From Nitrospirota bacterium (GTDB lineage: Bacteria; Nitrospirota; JACRHL01): a DNA stretch of 64,000 nt. Under the pieces are notes generated by a model, which made no database searches, had not been told where the DNA came from, and worked only from the letters and a program-made list of their open reading frames with translations. Each line of letters begins with the position of its first letter. Position 1 is the first letter of the stretch. The DNA is taken from assembly GCA_029881725.1 (NCBI GenBank), contig JAOUMB010000003.1:19901-83900 (forward strand), read 5' to 3'. The position numbers and the translations under genes are program-made. Shown in pieces: positions 48,167 through 56,457 of the stretch.

Positions 48167-48427
48167 CTAGAGGGTGTCGGCATCGGGCAGGGATTCGGTG
48201 GTGCGGGCCAGGGAGGGGATATCGAGGGAATCCATCAGCGCCACCACCTCGTCGAAGAAGTCGGGGGCGTAGAGGATTTCGATGATGGCCGCCACCGGAT
48301 CGATGGTGCGCACCGCGCCGAAATCCTCATAGCTCTCGAACAGGGCGGACAGGAAGCCGATTTCGCTCCGGTTTACCCGGTAGAACAGGTGTCCGTGGGG
48401 GGCGTCGGCGTCGGAAAGGGAGTCCAT
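48167..48427 (-). CDS. DUF4911-like protein
   Basis: 86 aa containing FYRVNRSEIGFLSALFESYEDFGAVRTIDPVAAIIEILYAPDFFDEVVALMDSL. It starts 19 nt downstream of accA. Confidence 0.55.
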   Translation of the reverse strand: MDSLSDADAPHGHLFYRVNRSEIGFLSALFESYEDFGAVRTIDPVAAIIEILYAPDFFDEVVALMDSLDIPSLARTTESLPDADTL

Positions 48428-48446
48428 TGGCGTACGTCCCCGCGTC

Positions 48447-49400
48447 CTAGCCGCCCTCCACATACCCCATGCGGCGGAATTTTTCGTAGCGCTGGTTGAC
48501 GCGTTCGTCCGGTGAAAGCTTTTCCAGCGATTCCAGGTTTTTCACCAAGGCGTCGCGGATGGTGCGCGACATGCGGGTGCGGTCCCGGTGGCTGCCGCCC
48601 AGAGGCTCGGGCAGGATCTCGTCGATGATGCCCAGCTTGAGCAGGTCGGTGGCGGTGATCTTGAGGGCCTCGGCGGCCTGCGGGGCCTTGGCGCCGTCCT
48701 TCCACAGGATGGCCGCGCACCCCTCGGGGGAGATGACCGAATAGATGGAGTGTTCCAGCATCAGGATGCGGTCGCCCACGCCCACCGCCAGCGCGCCGCC
48801 GGAGCCGCCCTCGCCGATCACCACCACCACGATGGGCACCTTCAGGCGGCTCATCACCAGGAGGTTGCGGGCGATGGCCTCGCTCTGGCCACGCTCCTCG
48901 GCACCCAGACCGGGATAGGCGCCGGGGGTGTCGATGAAGCACACCAGCGGTTTCTGGAAGCGGTCGGCAAAGTGCATCAGGCGCAGGGCCTTGCGATACC
49001 CCTCCGGGTGGGCCATTCCGAAGTTGCGGATTACGCGGGTCTTCAGGTTGCGCCCCTTCTGGTGGCCCAGGAACACGCATTCCCGGTGACCAATGCGGCC
49101 GATGCCGCCGACGATGGCCGGATCGTCCCGGAATGCGCGGTCGCCGTGCAGTTGCACGAAGTCCTCCACGAACGATTCCAGGTATTCCAGCATGGACGGA
49201 CGTTCCGGGTGGCGGGCCAGCTGGGTCTGCTGCCAGGGGGTGAGGGAGTCGTACAGGCCGGACTCGATCTCGCGCACCTTGCGGGTCAGGCGGTCGAGTT
49301 CCTTCTGGTTGCCCTCGCGGTTTTCGTCGCTGGTATGCAGCTTGTCGATCTGCTCGTGCAGTTCGGCCAGCGGTTTTTCAAAATCCAGATAGTGTCGCAA
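48447..49400 (-). CDS. accA: acetyl-CoA carboxylase carboxyltransferase subunit alpha
   Basis: Contains LDFEKPLAEL, RHPERPSMLEY, IDTPGAYPGLGAEERGQSEAIA, IGEGGSGGAL. Confidence 0.95.
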   Translation of the reverse strand: MRHYLDFEKPLAELHEQIDKLHTSDENREGNQKELDRLTRKVREIESGLYDSLTPWQQTQLARHPERPSMLEYLESFVEDFVQLHGDRAFRDDPAIVGGIGRIGHRECVFLGHQKGRNLKTRVIRNFGMAHPEGYRKALRLMHFADRFQKPLVCFIDTPGAYPGLGAEERGQSEAIARNLLVMSRLKVPIVVVVIGEGGSGGALAVGVGDRILMLEHSIYSVISPEGCAAILWKDGAKAPQAAEALKITATDLLKLGIIDEILPEPLGGSHRDRTRMSRTIRDALVKNLESLEKLSPDERVNQRYEKFRRMGYVEGG

Positions 49401-49454
49401 CGCGCCCTCTCAATTGCTCCCAACCGGCCTACACGATACCCGATAATCGCCGAT

Positions 49455-52400
49455 TCAGCCAAATACAACCGAACCCTTGCCCAGCAGCCGTTCCACCTCG
49501 CGCAGCAAGGCATCGTCGGCGGCCACGCGCAGGGACTCGCCGGCGGCCACGGTGGCCTCCGCCCGGCCCGGCACGTTGACCCGCAGGTGCACGGCGCAGG
49601 GACCCGGGTGTTCGGACAGCACCGAGTGCAGGCGGCCCAAGTCCGCGCGGCTCATGCCGGTGGCGGAAAAGCGCACGGTCACCCGGCGCACCGCCTGTTT
49701 GCGCACCTGCACCAGGCATTCGATCTTTTCGGCGCGCACCGTGGGGGAACCGCCGTCGGCGCCGTCCACGGTGCCGGAAACCAGCAATGGGGCGTCCGGC
49801 GTGAGCAACGCCTCGGCGGCGGCAAATGCCTCCGGGAAGGCCACGATCTCGGCGGTGCCGGTTTCGTCCTCCAACTTCAGGAAGGCCATGCGGTCACCCT
49901 TTTTGGTCAGCCGTCCGCGCACCGCCGCCAGGGTGCCGGCCACCCGCACGTTGCGGCCCTGGGCCTGGGTTTTCAGGCCGGTCAGGGTGCAGTTGGCGTG
50001 GCGGCGGGCGTCCTCTGCATAGCGGCGCATGGGGTGGGAGCTGAGGTAGAAGCCGAGGGACTCCTTCTCCCGCGTCAGCATGTCGTGCTCGTCCCAGTCC
50101 TCCATGTCGGGCAGGGCGGGAGGTGGCGATTCGGCGCTGCCTCCGAACAGGGAGCTCTGCCCCGAGGCGGCTTCGTCCTGCACCCGGTGGCCGTCCTCCA
50201 TGGCCTCGGCGATGGCCGCGTACAGCACCCCGCGCGGACCCCACGCGTCACAGGCGCCGGAGGCCACCAGTGCTTCCAGCACCCGCTTGTTGGCCTTGTT
50301 CAGGTCGATGCGGCGGCACAGGTCGAACAGGCTCTTGTAGGGGCCGTCGGCCTCGCGTTTGGCGATGATCGACTCCAGCGCCGCTTCCCCCACTCCCTTG
50401 ATGGCCCCCAGGCCGTAGCGGATGCCGTGGCTCAGGTGTTTGGGGTTGTCCATCCCCTGGGGGGGCGCCTCGCAGATGAACTGGATCTGGCTCACGTTGA
50501 TGTTCGGCGGCAGCAGCGGGATCTGCTGGTCGCGCACCTCGGTGATGTTCTTGGCGGTCTTGTCCGGGTTGCTCATGTCGTTGGTGAGCAGGGCGGCCAT
50601 GAACGGCACCAGGTGGTGGGTCTTCAGCCAGGCGGTGTGGAAGCTGATCAGCGCATAGGCGGCGGAGTGGCTCTTGTTGAAGCCGTAGCCCGCGAAATAG
50701 GCCATCAGGTCGAAGATTTTTTCGGCCACGGCGGGGTTGAACCCCTTTTCGGTGGCCCCCTTGATGAAGAGCGCTTTCTGCTTCTCCATCTCCGAGGCCT
50801 TCTTTTTGCCCATGGCGCGGCGCAGCAGGTCCGCTTCTCCCAGGGAATAGCCCGCCACCGCGCTGGCGATGCGCATCACCTGCTCCTGGTAGACGATGAC
50901 CCCGTAGGTTTCCTTGAGGATCGGCTCCAGTTGCGGTAGGTCGTAGGTGATGGGCGTGGTGCCCTTCTTGCGGGCGATGAAGTCGTCCAGCATGCCGGAG
51001 CCGATGGGGCCGGGCCGGTACAGGGCCAGCAGGGCGACCAGATCCTCGAAGCATTCCGGGCGCATTTTAACGATCAGGTCGCGCATGCCGGAGGATTCGA
51101 GCTGGAACACGCCGGTGGTGTCGCCCTTGCCGAGCAGGGCGTAGGTGGCCCTTTCGTCCAGTTCCAGCTTGGCCAGATTGGGGGTGTGGCCGGTGGTGCG
51201 GGTGATTTCCTTCACCGCGTGGTCGATCACGGTGAGGGTTTTCAGGCCCAGGAAATCGAATTTCACCAGCCCCACCGCCTCGGCGTCGTCCTTGTAGAAG
51301 TGGGAGATGACCTCGTTGTGGGGTCCCAGGTAGAGCGGCGTGTGGTTGGTGAGGGCGTCTTCCGAAATGATCACCCCGGCGGCGTGGGTGGAGGCGTGGC
51401 GGGACAGCCCTTCCAGCGAACGGGCGATTTCCAGCAGGGTGCGCACGCGGGGGTTCTGCTGGGACATCTCCAGCAGCTTGGGCTCGTCCTTGATGGCCTT
51501 GTCCAGGGTGATGCCCAGTTCGTTGGGCACCAGCTTGGCGATGCGGTCACTCTCCATGAACGAAAAATCCAGCACCCGCGCCACGTCGCGCAGCACCGCC
51601 TTGGCGCCCATGGTGCCGAAGGTGATGATCTGGCACACGTGGTCGCTGCCGTACTTTTTGGCGACATAGTCGATCACCTTGTCCCGGTGATCCATGCAGA
51701 AGTCCATGTCGATATCCGGCAGGGACACGCGTTCCGGGTTCAGGAAGCGCTCGAACAGCAGGTTGTAAGGCAGCGGGTCGATGTCAGTGATGCGCAGGGC
51801 GAAGGCCACCAGGGCTCCCGCCGCCGAGCCGCGCCCGGGCCCCACCGGAATGTCCATGTCTCGCGCCTGACGGATGATGTCCCACACGATCAGGAAGTAG
51901 CCCGGATAGCCCATGCGGTTGATCACCGACAGCTCGGTTTCCACCCGCTCCAGATAGACGGGCTGTTCCGCCTCGGGGATTTCCAGTTCGTCGAAGCGCT
52001 CGTGCAGCCCCTTGAGGGTGACCTCGCGCAGGTATTCCTGATCGGTTTTGCCCTCGGGGATGGGGAACTGGGGCATGTACGCCTTGTCGAAGCGCATGTC
52101 CACGTTGCACCGCTGGGCGATGCGCACGGTATTTTCCAAGGCGTCCGGCAGGTCGGCAAAGTCGGCGGCCATGTCCTCCGGGGAGCGGAAGTGGAACTCC
52201 CCCGGCGGCAGGCGCAGGCGGTTTTCCTCGTCCATGATGGCCCCGCTGCCGATGCACAGCAGGGCATCGTGGGCGCGGGCGTCCTTGGGGCGCAGGTAGC
52301 GGCTGTCGGCGGTGGCCACCAGCGGCACGTGGGTCCGGTGGGCCAGCTCGATGAGGGCCAGATTCACCGCGCGCCGTTCCGGCACCCGGTTTTCGCACAG

Positions 52401-52943
52401 TTCCACGAACACGTTGTCGTCGCCATAGGTGATGGTCAGCCATGCCAGCCAGTCGGCGGCGGCCGGGGTATCGCCCGCCTCAAGCAGGCGCGGCAGCAGG
52501 CCGTCCAGCCCGCCGGTGAGGCAGATCAGCCCGTCGGCGTATTCCGCCAGCAGGGCCCGGTCCACCTGCGGACGGCGAAAGCACGATTCCAGGTGGGCGC
52601 GGGACAGGAGGGTCATCAGGTTGACCCAGCCGGCGTCGTTTTTGGCCAGCAGGATGATTTCCGGCAGGCCGGGGCCGCGCTCCGGACCGGGGGTGTGACG
52701 GTTTTCCGGCGCCACGAACACCTGACAGCCCAGGATCGGCTTGATGCCCCGCTGAAACGCCTTCTGGTAGAACTGCACCGCGCCAAACAGGTTGCCCGCA
52801 TCGGTAATGGCCAGTGCCGGAAGACGATACTCCGCCGCCTGATCCAGCAGCGGGCCGATGCGGTTGGCGCACTCCAGCAGGCTGAATTCGGTATGACAGC
52901 GCAGGTGGACGTATGGAGCGTGGTGCATGGGGGCTACGGCCAT
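49455..52943 (-). CDS. dnaE: DNA polymerase III subunit alpha
   Basis: 1162 aa with a PHP domain (HLRCHTEFSLLE) and a polymerase core (GPGRGSAAGALVAFALRITDIDP, PDIDMDF, FNKSHSAAYA). An OB-fold C-terminus follows. Confidence 0.97.
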   Translation of the reverse strand: MAVAPMHHAPYVHLRCHTEFSLLECANRIGPLLDQAAEYRLPALAITDAGNLFGAVQFYQKAFQRGIKPILGCQVFVAPENRHTPGPERGPGLPEIILLAKNDAGWVNLMTLLSRAHLESCFRRPQVDRALLAEYADGLICLTGGLDGLLPRLLEAGDTPAAADWLAWLTITYGDDNVFVELCENRVPERRAVNLALIELAHRTHVPLVATADSRYLRPKDARAHDALLCIGSGAIMDEENRLRLPPGEFHFRSPEDMAADFADLPDALENTVRIAQRCNVDMRFDKAYMPQFPIPEGKTDQEYLREVTLKGLHERFDELEIPEAEQPVYLERVETELSVINRMGYPGYFLIVWDIIRQARDMDIPVGPGRGSAAGALVAFALRITDIDPLPYNLLFERFLNPERVSLPDIDMDFCMDHRDKVIDYVAKKYGSDHVCQIITFGTMGAKAVLRDVARVLDFSFMESDRIAKLVPNELGITLDKAIKDEPKLLEMSQQNPRVRTLLEIARSLEGLSRHASTHAAGVIISEDALTNHTPLYLGPHNEVISHFYKDDAEAVGLVKFDFLGLKTLTVIDHAVKEITRTTGHTPNLAKLELDERATYALLGKGDTTGVFQLESSGMRDLIVKMRPECFEDLVALLALYRPGPIGSGMLDDFIARKKGTTPITYDLPQLEPILKETYGVIVYQEQVMRIASAVAGYSLGEADLLRRAMGKKKASEMEKQKALFIKGATEKGFNPAVAEKIFDLMAYFAGYGFNKSHSAAYALISFHTAWLKTHHLVPFMAALLTNDMSNPDKTAKNITEVRDQQIPLLPPNINVSQIQFICEAPPQGMDNPKHLSHGIRYGLGAIKGVGEAALESIIAKREADGPYKSLFDLCRRIDLNKANKRVLEALVASGACDAWGPRGVLYAAIAEAMEDGHRVQDEAASGQSSLFGGSAESPPPALPDMEDWDEHDMLTREKESLGFYLSSHPMRRYAEDARRHANCTLTGLKTQAQGRNVRVAGTLAAVRGRLTKKGDRMAFLKLEDETGTAEIVAFPEAFAAAEALLTPDAPLLVSGTVDGADGGSPTVRAEKIECLVQVRKQAVRRVTVRFSATGMSRADLGRLHSVLSEHPGPCAVHLRVNVPGRAEATVAAGESLRVAADDALLREVERLLGKGSVVFG

Positions 52944-53183
52944 CGGGGTGCGTTCGGAAATTACGGTGCCCCATTGTAGCGCGTAAAGCGGGTGGATACC
53001 ACGTCCGCGTGGCCGGGCGGTTTAATCTGTTAAATCACACGAAACGACAAAAATTCAACACTTTGTTGTCTTGTTGCCATAAAAATGACGATGGCCGTGT
53101 TCGTATTTGTGCGGGATCGGGAACGGGTGTGCCGGCGCAGCCGGGCGCGGGCCTCCGGTGACGGGGCGGAGTGGGACGGGTTG

Positions 53184-53200
53184 GGGGCGCGGTGCGCCCC
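53184..53200 (-). other. GC hairpin just downstream of the mini-ORF stop
   Basis: GGGGCGC / GCGCCCC with a 3-nt loop. There is no U-tract, so an intrinsic-terminator function is uncertain. Confidence 0.4.
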
Positions 53201-53203
53201 GGG

Positions 53204-53299
53204 TCAGATAAAGATCAGCAGCGTGCCCACCAGCAGATAGAGGCTGGGCAGCATGACCTGGGTCCCGGTGTATTGCTTGGTGATGGTCATGGCATTCAT
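53204..53299 (-). CDS. candidate 28-31 codon hydrophobic mini-ORF
   Basis: My own translation of the minus strand gives MNAMTITKQYTGTQVMLPSLYLLVGTLLIFI. An AGGAG motif abuts the first ATG and lies 9 nt upstream of the second ATG (53290). A GC hairpin follows the stop. It is too short for the ORF track. Confidence 0.3.
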   Translation of the reverse strand: MNAMTITKQYTGTQVMLPSLYLLVGTLLIFI

Positions 53300-53304
53300 C
53301 TCCT

Positions 53305-53375
53305 GTACTTCCTGTTCGGGTCGCCCCGATGGTCTTCCTGTCGGGTCTACCCGACGGTCTTCCTATCGGAAGTAC
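53305..53375 (-). repeat. three ~25-bp-phased direct repeats enclosed by an 8-bp inverted repeat, in the leader of the mini-ORF
   Basis: On the plus strand, CTTCCTGTTCGGG (53308), CTTCCTGTCGGG (53334) and CTTCCTATCGGA (53359) are phased. The 20-mers 53326-53345 and 53351-53370 match at 17/20 positions. GTACTTCC (53305-12) pairs with GGAAGTAC (53368-75). The minus-strand RNA would carry three AGGAAG motifs. Confidence 0.45.
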
Positions 53376-53418
53376 GAGTGCATAACTGATGCCAATTCGT
53401 GAAAAATCCGTAGTTTAA

Positions 53419-54288
53419 TCAGGCGTAAACAGTGACCGGCACGGACGGCAGACCGGCGCGGATGTCCGCCGCGATGGCCTCCAGTTCCGCTTCCGTCAGT
53501 GGGGTGACCGCGGCCTCCGACGGAGTGCGCGCCACGGTATACAACTGGATGGCGGCCACTGCGCTGATGCGGGCGATGTCCGCCGCGCGGGCGATCCATG
53601 CGTCCAGGTCGTCCCGGGGCGGCAGAGCGCCGTTCAGCCGGAAGCGGCACACCTGCAACGTCACCGGGTAGCGGCGGGCGGTGGCGGCAATGTTGGCCAG
53701 CACTCTGGGAAACGGCACGCGGGTGCCGCACACTGCGGCGTAAAACGCCTCGCTGCCCGCGTCCAGCTTGGCCCACACCTCACCGCCGCTGATCATCAGG
53801 GCGTCCACCCCGGCGGCCACCTCCGCCCGGTCCAGCCCGGCACAGTTGGTGATCAGCACCACCGGCAGGTTCAACCCCGCCTTTTTGACGGCCCACACGG
53901 CGCCTTCCGCCACCTCGCGGAAGGCGGGGGCGCTGGTGGGCTCGCCGTCGCCGGACAGGGCCACATCCTTCACTACCTGCTGGTCCGGTGGCAGGTCGGC
54001 AAAGCGCGGTGACCGGAACAGGGAGCCGTCGGCGGCGGCCTTCAGCATCACCTCCAGTTCCGCCAGCACCGCCTGCGCGGGCACGGTTTCCGGCTGGGGC
54101 ATGGCGGTGCGGTCCACCTGGCAATAGACGCAGTCGAAATTGCACCGCTTGTCCGGGTTCAGGTTCACCCCGATGGAGATTCCCCCGGAACGGCGCGACA
54201 GGACCGCATACACGTAGCGGTGCAGCGCAAACACGCGCGGATGGTGGGTATGTTCCCGATGGACGGCGCTGTTCTGGGGTGGTTGCAT
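53419..54288 (-). CDS. radical SAM protein (no SPASM-type C-terminal Cys cluster seen)
   Basis: Contains the CNFDCVYCQ (CxxxCxxC) motif near the N-terminus and SGDGEPT. The TIM-barrel length is about 289 aa. Confidence 0.8.
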   Translation of the reverse strand: MQPPQNSAVHREHTHHPRVFALHRYVYAVLSRRSGGISIGVNLNPDKRCNFDCVYCQVDRTAMPQPETVPAQAVLAELEVMLKAAADGSLFRSPRFADLPPDQQVVKDVALSGDGEPTSAPAFREVAEGAVWAVKKAGLNLPVVLITNCAGLDRAEVAAGVDALMISGGEVWAKLDAGSEAFYAAVCGTRVPFPRVLANIAATARRYPVTLQVCRFRLNGALPPRDDLDAWIARAADIARISAVAAIQLYTVARTPSEAAVTPLTEAELEAIAADIRAGLPSVPVTVYA

Positions 54289-54316
54289 GCCCAGCAGTTT
54301 AACAGTGGCTGAACTA

Positions 54317-55204
54317 TTACGATACTTTTGAGCCGTTCGTGGAAGCTTCCCTGAACCCGTTGAAAACCATCAGCTTGTCCGGATTTCGCTGGACGAATAT
54401 GGCGTTGATCCGGTCATCGACGACCTGGAAATGGAACGCCGAAACCGGCTGGCCGTCCTGAAGCAGCAGCGCTCCGGGGGCACCGTTAAACCAGACAAAG
54501 CGGGGCCTTGCCGAAGGGGGCCGGGTGGGGGCCACAAACACCTTGTAAAGAAAATGGGTAACCTCGGCAATGCCCTTGAGGGGGTGCTTGGCCGCGGCGG
54601 CCTTTCCACCACCATCGGTGCGCATGACCACGTTTTCGGTCAACACCGATTGCAGGGAGTCCATGTCGCCGTCGTGGATGGCCTGGAAAAAGGCCTCGGA
54701 AAGCCGTTGCACCGTGACCTGATCGGTCTCCGACCGCAGTGCATCGCTCTTGAGGTGCCGCCGGGCCCGGACCGCCAACTGCCGGCAGTTGGCCGATTCC
54801 AGTTCCAGAATCTCCGCCACTTCGTCGAACGTGTAGCCGAACACGTCGTGCAGGAGGAACGCCGCCCGTTCCGTGGGCCGCAGCCGTTGAACGGTCAGCA
54901 GCAGCGCCATGGAAAGGGATTCGTCCAGCCGGTCGCGTTCGTGGGCGTGGGTCAGGATTGGCTCGGGCAGCCACTCACCGAAATATTCCTCGCGCGCACG
55001 TTGCGCCGATTTGAACCGGTCGAGGCACAGGCGGGTGCAGGTTTTGGTGAACCAGGCGCGGGGGAAGTCCAGGTGCGGCTCCCCGGCGGACTGCCAGCGC
55101 AGCCAGGCGTCCTGCACCACATCCTCGGCCTCCGACACGGACCCGAGCATGCGGTAGGCCAGCCGGATCAGGTGCTGGCGGATATTTTCAAAATCGGTGT
55201 TCAT
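54317..55204 (-). CDS. sigJ: ECF41-type (SigJ-like) RNA polymerase sigma factor with fused SnoaL-like C-terminal domain
   Basis: Region 2 (EDVVQDAWLRW) and region 4 (CRQLAVRARRHL) are followed by about 110 aa of NTF2/SnoaL-like extension (FFQAIHDGDMDSLQSVL...). No anti-sigma gene is adjacent. Confidence 0.85.
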   Translation of the reverse strand: MNTDFENIRQHLIRLAYRMLGSVSEAEDVVQDAWLRWQSAGEPHLDFPRAWFTKTCTRLCLDRFKSAQRAREEYFGEWLPEPILTHAHERDRLDESLSMALLLTVQRLRPTERAAFLLHDVFGYTFDEVAEILELESANCRQLAVRARRHLKSDALRSETDQVTVQRLSEAFFQAIHDGDMDSLQSVLTENVVMRTDGGGKAAAAKHPLKGIAEVTHFLYKVFVAPTRPPSARPRFVWFNGAPGALLLQDGQPVSAFHFQVVDDRINAIFVQRNPDKLMVFNGFREASTNGSKVS

Positions 55205-55205
55205 G

Positions 55206-55718
55206 TCAGAAATCCAGGGTCAATATCTCGCAATGGTCCGCCTTCATCAAGGCCCGCTTAAGCGTCGGGAACACCCGGTTTCCGGTGATGCACACCGCAA
55301 GCTCCGCAAAGGCCTCGTCGCCGTAGTGCTTGCGGATCCGCTCCGCCCGCTCCGGGTCCTGAAGCGGGCCCTGGGTGACGGCAAAGGCGTGGTCGTGCAC
55401 GTCGCGAAGGGGGGAGGGCAACAGGTTCGGTTTTTTGATCACCAGCGCCAGCAGTTCGCGGTCCACCCCGGCCTCCACGGCCATGCGCAGGTTCAGTTGT
55501 CCGCAGGGGCCGCACTCCTCACCCTTCATGGTGGCCACGCAGGCTACAAAGTAGGCGTCCAGCGGCAGGGCCTTGCGATATTTGCATATTTCCATGCCGG
55601 GAGAAAACGCCCCGAAAGCTCCGGGGGAGGCGTTGAGGAGTTCCTCCAGATAGGCGGTGTCGTACTTGTAGGCCTTGGAAAATTCCTGTAATTGGGTCTG
55701 GATCGCGGCGGTGTCCAT
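55206..55718 (-). CDS. carboxymuconolactone decarboxylase/AhpD-like family protein
   Basis: 170 aa and predominantly helical, with a CGPC (CxxC) motif. It lies 1 nt upstream of the ECF41 sigma gene, which is the canonical ECF41 partner position. Confidence 0.6.
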   Translation of the reverse strand: MDTAAIQTQLQEFSKAYKYDTAYLEELLNASPGAFGAFSPGMEICKYRKALPLDAYFVACVATMKGEECGPCGQLNLRMAVEAGVDRELLALVIKKPNLLPSPLRDVHDHAFAVTQGPLQDPERAERIRKHYGDEAFAELAVCITGNRVFPTLKRALMKADHCEILTLDF

Positions 55719-55782
55719 TGTGTGTTCCTTTCATTCGGGTTGCCTTGCTTGATGGGGCCGGGAAGGGCCGTTTCAGTAGATA

Positions 55783-55809
55783 GACGAACGGGAATCCCGA
55801 AATGTGACA
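55783..55809 (-). promoter_or_regulatory. ECF41-type promoter TGTCACA-n16-CGTC
   Basis: The minus strand reads TGTCACA (55809-55803), a 16-nt spacer tttcgggattcccgtt, then CGTC (55786-55783). This lies about 65 nt upstream of the CMD-like start. Confidence 0.6.
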
Positions 55810-55899
55810 CCGGTGCGAAAAAAGCCGTGCCGGGCATGGTGTGTCCGCTGGTGGTTGGAGGCTTTGACGGCGCGGGTTCCGCCCCGTACAGTAGCGGCC

Positions 55900-56457
55900 A
55901 TGAGCAGTGGCGCACCCATCGTCGCCGTGGGCGATTCCATCACCTGGGGCTGGCCGGAAGGGCCGGAGCGCAGTTGGGTGGCGCGGGTGGCGGTCATGCT
56001 GGGGGTGGAAATCGGCAATTTCGGCATCAACGGCGATACCCTGGTCAGTATGCGCGCGCGGCTGCCCGCCCTGTTGGTCCACAAACCGCGGGCGGTGATC
56101 GTCACCGGTGGCACCAACGACGTGGCCATGGGGCGGCGAGTGCCGGACATGTGCGCCGACCTGGGGGCCATGGTGGAGGTCATTGCCGCCAGTGGCGCGT
56201 TTCCGGTGATCGGCATGCCGCCGCCGTTCCGGGTGCCGGAGCTGGAGCGGGAACTGGTGGCGTTTCGCCAGTTCATCCAGTCCCTGGCGGGCACCCGGCA
56301 CCTGCGCGTGATCCCGTTCCAACGCGCCCTGAGCGTGGACGGGGCCCCCAACGGGAACCTGTTCATCGACGAATGCCACCCCAATGCCGAAGGCTTCGCG
56401 GCCATGGCGCTGCTGGTGGTGGAGGGTGGCTTTTTAAACGAGGTGGCCGGTGGCTGA
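55900..56457 (+). CDS. SGNH/GDSL-family hydrolase
   Basis: Contains IVAVGDSITWGW (block I) and GTND (block III), with a C-terminal D-x-x-H-like motif DECHPN. Confidence 0.75.
   Translation: MSSGAPIVAVGDSITWGWPEGPERSWVARVAVMLGVEIGNFGINGDTLVSMRARLPALLVHKPRAVIVTGGTNDVAMGRRVPDMCADLGAMVEVIAASGAFPVIGMPPPFRVPELERELVAFRQFIQSLAGTRHLRVIPFQRALSVDGAPNGNLFIDECHPNAEGFAAMALLVVEGGFLNEVAGG

Noticed and set aside
47113-48285. 390-aa plus-strand ORF opposite the PLA2/FG-GAP gene
   Set aside because: It is antisense to a gene with clear repeat and catalytic motifs. The repetitive A/V/G/H-rich product simply mirrors the FG-GAP repeats on the other strand.
48588-52979. Very long plus-strand ORFs (783 aa at 48588..50939 and 597 aa at 51186..52979) opposite accA/dnaE
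   Set aside because: They lie antisense to genes with unmistakable family motifs. Their products are R/G/A/H/P/V-rich with no recognisable domain, typical of shadow ORFs in high-GC DNA.
53308-53370. Phased 25-bp repeats considered as a mini-CRISPR array
   Set aside because: There are only two good copies plus one partial copy. The repeats abut each other with no spacer-sized unique segments, and there are no cas genes in the window. They were treated as a structured leader instead.
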